A stretch of DNA of 64,000 nt from positions 1 to 64,000 of the forward strand of contig MRSU01002690.1 in the NCBI GenBank assembly GCA_008369845.1, in the 5' to 3' direction. The first letter of the stretch is position 1, and each line of letters starts with the position of its first letter. Source of the stretch: Trichomonas gallinae. Taxonomy: Eukaryota. Under the pieces are notes generated by a model. That model saw only the letters and a list, made by a program, of their open reading frames with translations. It searched no databases and was not told the DNA's origin. Positions 39,064 to 47,444 of the stretch are shown here, piece after piece. The translations under genes were made by a program, and so were the position numbers.

Positions 39064-41787
39064 ATGGATTATCTTCCGCCTGGTTTTGAAGTAAAAGTAT
39101 CCACACAAAATAGATATTTCTTTAGAAACGAGAAGGATAAAATAGCTACATGGATTAGACCAACTCCTCCTCCCGGTTATGAAGGAGAATGGCCAATAAT
39201 TTTCAGAGCTTCTCATATTCTCATTAAACATGCTCAATCAAACCATCCAATATCAAGAAATCCGACAAAACCTGATAAAGTAATTCGCAGAACAAAACAA
39301 GAAGCTTTAACTTTAATTAAACATTGTTACGACAAAATTGTTAAAGGTGAGAAGACATTTGAAGAACTCGCAGATGCACTTTCGGATGATAGTTCATGTA
39401 TCAATCACGGTGACCTCGGCTGGGGCCGCGTTGCTGATTTTGATCCAGATTTTACAAGAGAATGTCTTTCACTTAAATACGGTGAAGTTTCGAAACCATT
39501 CCTTACTATAGCTGGCTGGCACATCTGTAAAAGAACAGATGGAGTGAAAGCTGGATATGTTGCAGGACAATTAGCTCCACCATTCGATATTGAGTTCCTC
39601 GGAGCACGTTCTTCAGTTATTAGAAGTGATATCGTTAACACATTAAAGAAAAAATACGCGTCTCAAGAAATTTACGAATGGTTTCTCAAAATCGAAGTAG
39701 AACCAACAAACTTCGAGCCATGGGAGAATCTCATCAAAAGATTGACGCAGCTTTTATCCGAAATGATTCAATTAAATAAGCAAAATCAACTACTCACAGA
39801 TTCTAGAATGCCTTACGATATATTATTCATACCAAGACTTATTCATCGCTTTATCAACGGACACATGTATTATCATCCAACATCATCAGATTGCATCGAT
39901 TTTTGCTTCGAAAGAATTCACGAAATCAACAGCATACTTGCTCAGGATGGAAAGCTCGATGCAGAGTTCCAAGCCAGAGAAGAACAATTTTTGAGCAAAG
40001 TTCTCGTTTACACAACAAATCCGATTTATTGGAAACAGCAAAAAGACAGAACTCTCTGCCTTCGAAAAGTTGGTTTTACAATTGATTTTGCAAGTGAATG
40101 GCTCAATTATATCAAAAGTCTTACAAATCCTATTGATATCTGCAATTATCTTCTTAAAGCTTTAACATCAGGTATTGAATATTCCACAGATCTTCTTAAG
40201 CTCGCGCACGAACAATCAGACATCAACAACCAAGAAAGCGCAATTGCAAAATTATATGCCTCTTCTCCATCAAATCCAATGATATCTAAGATCACAGATC
40301 GTGTACATCTCATAGATTTATGCTTATTAATGAAGATTTTCCACGATAACAACGAATATCATAAAAAAGGCGAACAATTCATCGAAAGTGTAGTTCAAGC
40401 TTTGCAAGAAAAGAAAGGAAACTACCAGCCGCCGATAGAAAATACCCTTAGAATGATTAAAGAGCGTCTTCCAGGCTTCAAAGATGACAAAATAATCAGC
40501 CTCATCGAAGAAATTTTGGCGAACAAAGATACAATCAAAGAAAACTTCATTGCAGAAGAAAAACTCAGAAGGAACAGGCGCGGCCCGGAGAATTTCAACG
40601 TCAAGAACCCGACGATGATCAAAATGGAGAACGACAGATTCAGGCTCTGGATGGATTATATCGAAAACGAGAAAACAATGATGAGGAAGATGATTGATGA
40701 ATCTGATGAAGAGTTTTACATCGACTTGCTCGATTATTCATACAGACGCGCGTTGAATGAGTGTTGGTGGGTAAAGAGCTTGTGGATGAACTACTGGAAC
40801 TTCCTCAAACAACATGAAAGAGAAGATGACTCAAACCAAATTCTCGCTTTAGCGCAGAAAACATTTATGTTTGATGCAGCCTTCGAACTCGAGAGAGCAG
40901 ACATTCTTGTTAAGTCAGGTCATTACCAACAAGCTCGCGATGTTTATGCTCAATTAATGAAGAGAGAAGAGCCAATCTTGAGCGCTGCTTTGACATTAGA
41001 TTTCAGATGCGTGATGCTGATGGCTGGCGAGAATGAAGCATTGCAGACTGTCGAAGAACACAAAGAACTTATCACACCAACATTCATCATGAACTCAGCG
41101 AAAATGTGCAGCAATCCAGATATTGCCTGGTCCCTCTATCAGTTCGGCTTAGATAACTTCCAGCTGTCTACCGAGTTGACATTGGCAGCAGCTGATTTCT
41201 TGGCTGGACAGAGAGATATCAGGAACACAAGATTGCTGTTGCAGCAGTCAAAAGGCGATGGCTCTGATGAATCCGTTCTCAAAATATCAAAGAAGTTGTT
41301 CGAATTCGAGCTGGAACACGTTGCACCTCCTGATCACTTGAATGAGACTCAGAAGACAATCAGAATACCTTACCAGTTCATTCCTTACATGCACAGGTAC
41401 AGATTTAAAGATTTATATCCATTGTCGCCAGAAGAGTTGATAATGACTGCTTATTGCACACATGAATTTTCAATCGACTTGCCTAAGGTGTCCAATGAGT
41501 ATGTAACATTGTTGCCGCCATACAATGTGCCTCTTGAAGAGATGAGGTGCAGGAAAGAGTTCTCCGATGTCTATGAGCGTGCCATAAACGAACTTTCGAC
41601 CCAGAAGTCCCAGGCAATGCACCAGCAGCAGCAACAACAGCAACAGGTGCCAACACAGGTCCCACAACCTGTTGCAATTCTTGCAGCATTCACACAAGAG
41701 CTCACACTTGACTCTGCAGCAATTCCACCGCAGCAGATCAACTACGAAGAACTTATCGACAAGATTTCGAAGCTCAACTTCGCATAA
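39064..41787 (+). CDS. Fusion protein: Pin1/Ess1-type WW + parvulin PPIase joined to CstF-77/Rna14-like HAT repeats
   Basis: aa 1-158: LPPGFE...YFFRN...TWIRP, RASHILIKH, RTKQEA, FEELADALSDDSS...GDLG, GEVSKPF...GWHICKRT. Remainder: LWMDYIENEK, YRRAL...LWMNY, LYQFGLDNF, DIRNTRLLLQQ, FEFELE and YMHRYRFKDLYP (CstF-77 LVDRYKFMDLYP). Confidence 0.82.
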   Translation: MDYLPPGFEVKVSTQNRYFFRNEKDKIATWIRPTPPPGYEGEWPIIFRASHILIKHAQSNHPISRNPTKPDKVIRRTKQEALTLIKHCYDKIVKGEKTFEELADALSDDSSCINHGDLGWGRVADFDPDFTRECLSLKYGEVSKPFLTIAGWHICKRTDGVKAGYVAGQLAPPFDIEFLGARSSVIRSDIVNTLKKKYASQEIYEWFLKIEVEPTNFEPWENLIKRLTQLLSEMIQLNKQNQLLTDSRMPYDILFIPRLIHRFINGHMYYHPTSSDCIDFCFERIHEINSILAQDGKLDAEFQAREEQFLSKVLVYTTNPIYWKQQKDRTLCLRKVGFTIDFASEWLNYIKSLTNPIDICNYLLKALTSGIEYSTDLLKLAHEQSDINNQESAIAKLYASSPSNPMISKITDRVHLIDLCLLMKIFHDNNEYHKKGEQFIESVVQALQEKKGNYQPPIENTLRMIKERLPGFKDDKIISLIEEILANKDTIKENFIAEEKLRRNRRGPENFNVKNPTMIKMENDRFRLWMDYIENEKTMMRKMIDESDEEFYIDLLDYSYRRALNECWWVKSLWMNYWNFLKQHEREDDSNQILALAQKTFMFDAAFELERADILVKSGHYQQARDVYAQLMKREEPILSAALTLDFRCVMLMAGENEALQTVEEHKELITPTFIMNSAKMCSNPDIAWSLYQFGLDNFQLSTELTLAAADFLAGQRDIRNTRLLLQQSKGDGSDESVLKISKKLFEFELEHVAPPDHLNETQKTIRIPYQFIPYMHRYRFKDLYPLSPEELIMTAYCTHEFSIDLPKVSNEYVTLLPPYNVPLEEMRCRKEFSDVYERAINELSTQKSQAMHQQQQQQQQVPTQVPQPVAILAAFTQELTLDSAAIPPQQINYEELIDKISKLNFA

Positions 41788-42154
41788 TAATATTATTATT
41801 TATAGAGTAATGTAAATTATTTATATTTTTGATATATATAGCCTAGTTTTTCTATCATTTCATGCATCAGCAATTTAAATATAATCTAAATTTCAATACT
41901 TTGTTTTCCTCAGCAAATTAAAGTTGATTGGAAACAGTTTTACACATCAAATATATATAAGTCTATGTATTTCGCTCTTAACACAGATCCTATCTAACCC
42001 TATATCATAAGTCAGTTTTGACATTTTAATGAGAATTCAACATTTTTTTTTAGTTCGAAAAAATGATGTGAATTTAGAAATTTTTTTCATACAAAATAAA
42101 GTTTCGTAATATCTTTTATTCAAAAAGAAAAACTAAATATATAAAATAAATACA

Positions 42155-44317
42155 TCAGCGATACTGAGAAAGGAATGAATCCACTGAAGATCCAGAAGAT
42201 TTGTTGTCATCGAACAATAATCCTGACACTTGGAATTCTCTTTCGCTATTGCTTCCTCCTCTGATGATTTCATGCGGCAAGTATCTTCCAGATATCATGT
42301 AGCATTCGTTGATCTTCTCGTGCAACTGCGAATTGATAGGCGTGCCAGTCTGTGGCAGATTAAGTGGCAATTCGTCGAGTGATGAGACACCGAAAATATC
42401 TGAGAGCTGGTCTGGTGTTGTAGCTGGTGAAACCCAGATCAATATTCTGTTGTATGTGTGGAAAACGAAGACATTTCCACTGTAGAAGGATTGTTGTGTT
42501 AAAGGCAACAAAGCATCCATTCGTTCAACGCAGAAGAACCTTGGATATAATTTGAGCAAACATTCAACAACATTGCATGATCTCATCTCGATGATAGTTG
42601 CAAATCTTCCATCAACACCATAAGCGCACGGCACGCAGAGCAAGTCGCATGAAAGGGTAGAGTGGAAAAGATAAGGAAGCGAAACAAAGCGATGACCACG
42701 CGAATACATGTTTGCGAAAATCTTCTTGAGTTCACCTGCAGCTTCTACTGGTCCTTTCTTAAGCAAATTAGTTGTCGCCTGCTTGCAAAGCAATGTAGCT
42801 ATTGAAGCTTCGTCTGCTGTCTGTCCAATTGTTTTGATATCGGTACAAAGTGGAAGCCTGAAATTGAATATTCTGATCATTCTATTGCGTTCGCTGTTCG
42901 TCCACAAGATGGCGAGCTGAAGGAGAACACCACCGATAGAAACTTCGCCTGTGATGCTCAATTCGAACGCGACCGTTGATTGGCCTTGCATAATTGGGAA
43001 GTTAACTGTCTCTTCTCTGTATATCAAGTTGCCACTGACTGCAGTGATGCCGATTCCGTTTGATGAGCGTAAGCGCATCGAACAATCCCAGAAGTATTCT
43101 TGTGTTAATGTTCTGAACATGTCATTATGGAGATCCATGAGCGCGAACTCGTCGAGGCGTGGATAGAAGTGGCATTGGCCACCTGTGAGACCGCATGGAG
43201 TGGATATAATTGGTAATTCGATTGGTTGATTTTGTTTTGGTGTGACGAAAAGATGCAACGAGAAGCCATATGTGTTTAAGAGTTTTGCTGTAGCCCTAAC
43301 AAATGCTGATGCCTCGTCTTGCGGTAATTTAAATAATTCAGCTTCGCTTGCATTTGGATTAACTTGTCTAGCAATTATACCATAAGCTCCACCACTAGGT
43401 ATTCCGTAGCATCCTGCAATGATTACGCCACCAGAGCCTTTGAGAGCGGAAATTGCTCCAGAAAGTGCTCCAAATAAGCAATTTGACGCTTCTGCTCCAG
43501 GATATGTAAGAAGATAGCCTAAGTAAGCCTTAATATCGTCAACAACATCACCTAATGTTGCTACACAAGTTGATGGAATATAAATATCACGCTGATCGCA
43601 AATTATTGCTTCCGCATGATCAGAAAATGAGTATGCACAAAGAGTGCTTCCCATTGTAAGAATAGCGATTCTTGCTTGCTTGCACATGTTGTCTATTGTA
43701 GATTTAGCCGAATTTATCATTTGCAAAGTGAATCCAGACTGAACTGCCTCTCTTGTCATATCGAAAATGAAGCAAAAACTTGGTCCACTGTCTGGGAGAG
43801 AAATAAAAGATTTCGGAGCTCGAACATCATAAACAGGAACCATTAATTCGGGTAATTCGTTAATATTTCTAATAGTTGAGTCTAAAAGCTCAACACTCTT
43901 GCCGCAAAATGGGCAAAGTAATGTATTTCCTTGAAGAATTTTGTGAAAAGGCGATAAATATGATAGACAATTGCTGCATCTTGTTAGCTTCCCGTTCTGC
44001 ATATCTATAACTGGGACGTCAGACGCCATTGCAGGCGAAACTAACACGCCAATCGGGATGCCGCAATTTTCCAAAACGGTTTTATTGGCTGGAAACTGGC
44101 TAACTGTAGTCTTAAAGTATGGAGGCCAGTCCGGCTGCTCCGGCGGTGGATTTGGTGTCAATATATTCGGGTTATGCCAAGGGATCAGATTTTGTACAGC
44201 GACAACAACCGGATTTTGTGTCGTAGGATAAGCAGCAGGGTTCTGTGCATATGCAAACTGCTGCTGCTGTGGATCACTCCTTGTTGCTGCGCCTGGATTT
44301 ACATACCTTCTTGACAT
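42155..44317 (-). CDS. SEC24: COPII coat Sec24 paralogue (short N-terminus)
   Basis: CGIPIGVLVSP; zinc finger RCSNCLSYLSPF...CPFCG; FCFIFDMTREAVQSG; TGGQCHFYP; MRLRSSNGI; LQLAILWTNSERNRMIRIFN; LYPRFF; gelsolin-like end. Confidence 0.9.
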   Translation of the reverse strand: MSRRYVNPGAATRSDPQQQQFAYAQNPAAYPTTQNPVVVAVQNLIPWHNPNILTPNPPPEQPDWPPYFKTTVSQFPANKTVLENCGIPIGVLVSPAMASDVPVIDMQNGKLTRCSNCLSYLSPFHKILQGNTLLCPFCGKSVELLDSTIRNINELPELMVPVYDVRAPKSFISLPDSGPSFCFIFDMTREAVQSGFTLQMINSAKSTIDNMCKQARIAILTMGSTLCAYSFSDHAEAIICDQRDIYIPSTCVATLGDVVDDIKAYLGYLLTYPGAEASNCLFGALSGAISALKGSGGVIIAGCYGIPSGGAYGIIARQVNPNASEAELFKLPQDEASAFVRATAKLLNTYGFSLHLFVTPKQNQPIELPIISTPCGLTGGQCHFYPRLDEFALMDLHNDMFRTLTQEYFWDCSMRLRSSNGIGITAVSGNLIYREETVNFPIMQGQSTVAFELSITGEVSIGGVLLQLAILWTNSERNRMIRIFNFRLPLCTDIKTIGQTADEASIATLLCKQATTNLLKKGPVEAAGELKKIFANMYSRGHRFVSLPYLFHSTLSCDLLCVPCAYGVDGRFATIIEMRSCNVVECLLKLYPRFFCVERMDALLPLTQQSFYSGNVFVFHTYNRILIWVSPATTPDQLSDIFGVSSLDELPLNLPQTGTPINSQLHEKINECYMISGRYLPHEIIRGGSNSEREFQVSGLLFDDNKSSGSSVDSFLSQYR

Positions 44318-44781
44318 TTTGTCATGTCACTTTTATTATCAAATTTTAATCGTTTCGAAATTAACAGGGGTTTATATGTTTAATGAGGGGTATTTGACAA
44401 TTCAAGAAAGAAAATAACAATGATTGATTGACTAATCTATTTCCATTCTATTTTAGACACCTGATCTTCCCAGCGGAATCCTTCCGAATTAAGGTTATAG
44501 ATGCAGTAAGGTCATAAGAGTCATATATTAGAAAATCTCAAAAACCTGGTATATTTTTGACAAATGTCAGATTGTGAGTGCTTATCAATTTTGTGTCGGC
44601 ACCTTGCCAAAATCAAAAAAATCATTTTACCAAACACATATAGACATATAGGTCTTTAAAGAGAAATATAACTGTGAAAGCACCTTGCTATAATAATAGG
44701 ATGAGATTCATCGATCAGTAGAAAAAAAAAAAAAAAAATGTATTATATATTAAAAAGAATTTATTAAAAATAACAATAACT

Positions 44782-47208
44782 CTATTTTTGCAATCTTGAC
44801 AATAATGAATTCTGGTTATTTCCTCCAGTTTGCCAGGACTTATATTGTTCTCTATTCTTCTGAGTCCTAGCTGCACCACCATTCCATCCTGTCTTTTGAC
44901 CACTATTGGTCCATCCTCCACTGCTGCCAGTGATTCCCTTTTGCTTATCACCCCAACCAGATGTAGATGAAGTATTAGTATTTCTCCAATTACCTATACT
45001 AGATGAATCCTTCTTCCAAGCATCAGCTGCAGCGCTCGTTGTTGTACTCATGGACCATTCAGATTTCTTTTCATTTGATGAAGCTGTTGACCAAGAACTA
45101 TCTCCCCATCCTGATGTTTTCTTCTCTCCTGGTTTATCAGATGCGGTTGAAGCTGCGAATGTAGCCCATTCATCATCCGTTGTAGTCTTTACAGCTGTGG
45201 TTGTATTTGTATTTGCTGGAGCTGTTGTAGAATCTTTGTTTTCTGTAGTTGTTGCTGCTGATGCATCTTTGTTTTCTGTGGCTGTTGTCGTAGCAGTGTT
45301 TGTATTTGTTGCTGGAGCTGGATTTACTCCTGGGATATTTATTTTCGAAGGAAGCTGTGAGAATTTGTTAAAGCCTAAATTAAGCTCAACACCAGATTTG
45401 TTCGTTGCAAGAGCTCCTGCTGGTTTTTGCATATTTAAAGATAATGTCATTGACGGCTTATTTGGAAGGTTGAATGTTGGTTTGGTTACTTCTTTCTTTG
45501 CTTCTGGTTGTGATTCTGTTGGTTTGGCTTCTGGTTGTGCATCTGTTATTTTGGCTTCTGGCTGTGCTTCTGTTATTTTGGCTTCTGGCTGTGCTTCTGC
45601 TGGCTTGGCTTCTGGCTGTGCATCTGCTGGTTTGGCTTCTGGCTGTGCTTCTGCTGGCTTGGCTTCATTTGATGGAGTTCCGGCAGGTTTAGAAGGTTTG
45701 AAATTCATTGCTAAATTGAATCCTGGTTTAGGTGGGTTATCGTCTTTCTTTTCTTCTGGCTTAACTTCAGCTGGTTTGGTGAAAGTGAAGCCTCCTGTTG
45801 TTCCACTCAACTGGAAGCCTGGCTTTGACTTTTGATCTGGCTTGGCATCTTCTTTCTTTGGTAATTTGAAATTTGCACCAAGTGTAAATTTGGGCTTTGC
45901 AGGTTCTTCTTTCTTTTCTTCTTGTTTAATTTCTTCCTTCTTTTCTTCAATTTTGACTTCATCATTTTGCTTTGCTGCTGCTTCCTCCTTCTTTTCTTCC
46001 GGTTTAGCTTCATCATCCTTCTTTGCTGTTGGTAGTTTCAATCCTATCTTAGGCGCACCTGGAAGGCCGAACTTTGACTTTTCATCCTTCTTTTCTTCAG
46101 TCTTTACTTCATCGGGTTTTGTTTCTTCTTTCTTTTCTTCAGTCTTAAATTCTTCTGGCTTAGCTTCTTCCTTCTTCTCTTCAGTCTTCACCTCATCAGA
46201 TTTCTTTTCTTCATCCTTCTTTAATCCTGAAAGTTTGAGACTACCGCTAAGCTGAAGGCCGCTCTTTGGCTTATCTCCACCAATTTTCAGAGCATTATTA
46301 ATATTTAGTCCAAGCTTTGGCTTCTCGTCCGTCTTTTCATCTTCCTTCTTGGGACCTAATTTAAGACTTCCAATATTTAAGCCTAGCTTTGGCTTCTCAT
46401 CTGTCTTTTCATCTTCCTTTTTAGCACCTAATTTAAGACTTCCAATATTTAGTCCAAGTTTTGGTTTGTCATCTTTCTTATCATCATCTTTCTTGGCACC
46501 TAAATTAAGACCACCAAGATTTAGTCCAAGTTTTGGTTTTTCTGTCTTTGTTTCTTCTTTCTTTTCATCTGTCTTCGTCTCATCCTTTGTTTCTTCTGTC
46601 TTTGGTGCTAAACTGCCTAAAGCGCCAATCTTTGGAACATTCAACTTCGGAGCAGGTTTCTCGCCACCGTCACCTACTTTCTTTTCTCCAAGCTTTCCAG
46701 AGCTCAAAGATAATCCAAGCTTTGGTTTATCATCTGATTTGTTATTCAAAGAAAGGCTTGGTTTCTTTATATCTAATGAAGGTGTAGTCTTTGAATCAGT
46801 AGAATTTGTCGTGGAAGTAAGATTTTGGCTTGAAGAATTCGAATTTTGAATACTAACTTTCTTTTCTTCCTCTTCTTTTGTAGTTTTCTTGTACATATCA
46901 TATAATAAATATGCTGCAGATGGTTTATCTACAACTGGTTTAGATTTTGGTGTGCTTTCAACTTGAACAATTTGATCTGAAGAGTTTAAATTGCCTGAAA
47001 CGGCCATTTCGTGACGTTTAAAGTATGGAGCACCTGCCTGGATGCAAACATCTACGTATTTAACTTCATGTTTGATTTCAAAATTTTTTTGGTATAGTTT
47101 TTCATCAATACTGAATCGAGTAGGAGGTTTATATCGTGGAAAATCAGAAGTATCTAAATCTGGATTTTTGCCACCCCAAGTAAATAATTTTTTAAGCAAT
47201 GAGGACAT
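44782..47208 (-). CDS. Low-complexity, probably disordered protein with KPKLGL repeats, AQPEAKP repeats and a Trp/Gly-rich tail
   Basis: 808-aa ORF; K/E-rich spacers between hydrophobic LGL and GF motifs; C-terminal SGWG, SSW, GGW and TGW. Confidence 0.75.
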   Translation of the reverse strand: MSSLLKKLFTWGGKNPDLDTSDFPRYKPPTRFSIDEKLYQKNFEIKHEVKYVDVCIQAGAPYFKRHEMAVSGNLNSSDQIVQVESTPKSKPVVDKPSAAYLLYDMYKKTTKEEEEKKVSIQNSNSSSQNLTSTTNSTDSKTTPSLDIKKPSLSLNNKSDDKPKLGLSLSSGKLGEKKVGDGGEKPAPKLNVPKIGALGSLAPKTEETKDETKTDEKKEETKTEKPKLGLNLGGLNLGAKKDDDKKDDKPKLGLNIGSLKLGAKKEDEKTDEKPKLGLNIGSLKLGPKKEDEKTDEKPKLGLNINNALKIGGDKPKSGLQLSGSLKLSGLKKDEEKKSDEVKTEEKKEEAKPEEFKTEEKKEETKPDEVKTEEKKDEKSKFGLPGAPKIGLKLPTAKKDDEAKPEEKKEEAAAKQNDEVKIEEKKEEIKQEEKKEEPAKPKFTLGANFKLPKKEDAKPDQKSKPGFQLSGTTGGFTFTKPAEVKPEEKKDDNPPKPGFNLAMNFKPSKPAGTPSNEAKPAEAQPEAKPADAQPEAKPAEAQPEAKITEAQPEAKITDAQPEAKPTESQPEAKKEVTKPTFNLPNKPSMTLSLNMQKPAGALATNKSGVELNLGFNKFSQLPSKINIPGVNPAPATNTNTATTTATENKDASAATTTENKDSTTAPANTNTTTAVKTTTDDEWATFAASTASDKPGEKKTSGWGDSSWSTASSNEKKSEWSMSTTTSAAADAWKKDSSSIGNWRNTNTSSTSGWGDKQKGITGSSGGWTNSGQKTGWNGGAARTQKNREQYKSWQTGGNNQNSLLSRLQK
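45498..45666 (-). repeat. Coding 27-bp tandem repeat (AEAQPEAKP, about 6 units)
   Basis: Units such as TTGGCTTCTGGCTGTGCTTCTGCTGGC on the + strand. Confidence 0.9.
46290..46540 (-). repeat. Coding 72-bp tandem repeat (KPKLGLNIGSLKLGAKKEDEKTDE, about 3.5 units)
   Basis: AATTTAAGACTTCCAATATTT recurs at 46358 and 46430; the protein repeat is visible in the translation. Confidence 0.85.
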
Positions 47209-47444
47209 ATATTGATGAAAAAATTTGACTAATTACATGACAAATAATTTTTTTGTTAGGTTTACATGTCTTAATTTTGATAGAACGATATATACTTTAT
47301 TTACACGTCAAATAATTTTTATTTGTTAAGTTTACGCGTCAAAATATTAATTTATTTGTCAAATAAAGGTGACATTTTATTAAATGCTTCTTATTTTTGT
47401 TTAACCATTCATGACTGTAGAAAAAGTAATTAAGTTCTATATAG

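Noticed and set aside
41622..41647. CAG/CAA poly-Gln microsatellite
   Set aside because: A short, ordinary low-complexity linker in the C-terminal part of the fusion protein.
41960..41986. GTCTATGT...TTAACACAG resembling a short trichomonad intron
   Set aside because: It lies in a convergent 3' intergenic region and does not match the GTAYGT / ACTAACACACAG consensus.
9687..44317. Apparent clustering of trafficking genes (BET3, ATG6, HEATR5, SEC24) and ciliary genes (CC2D2A, dynein)
   Set aside because: They are interspersed with unrelated genes, and these families are large in trichomonads, so chance co-occurrence is sufficient.
44906..46849. Long + strand ORFs (309, 137 and 166 aa) opposite the repeat protein
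   Set aside because: Antisense shadows of low-complexity K/E/T/A codons, which lack stops on the opposite strand. Their Ser/Phe/Val-rich translations mirror the sense gene.
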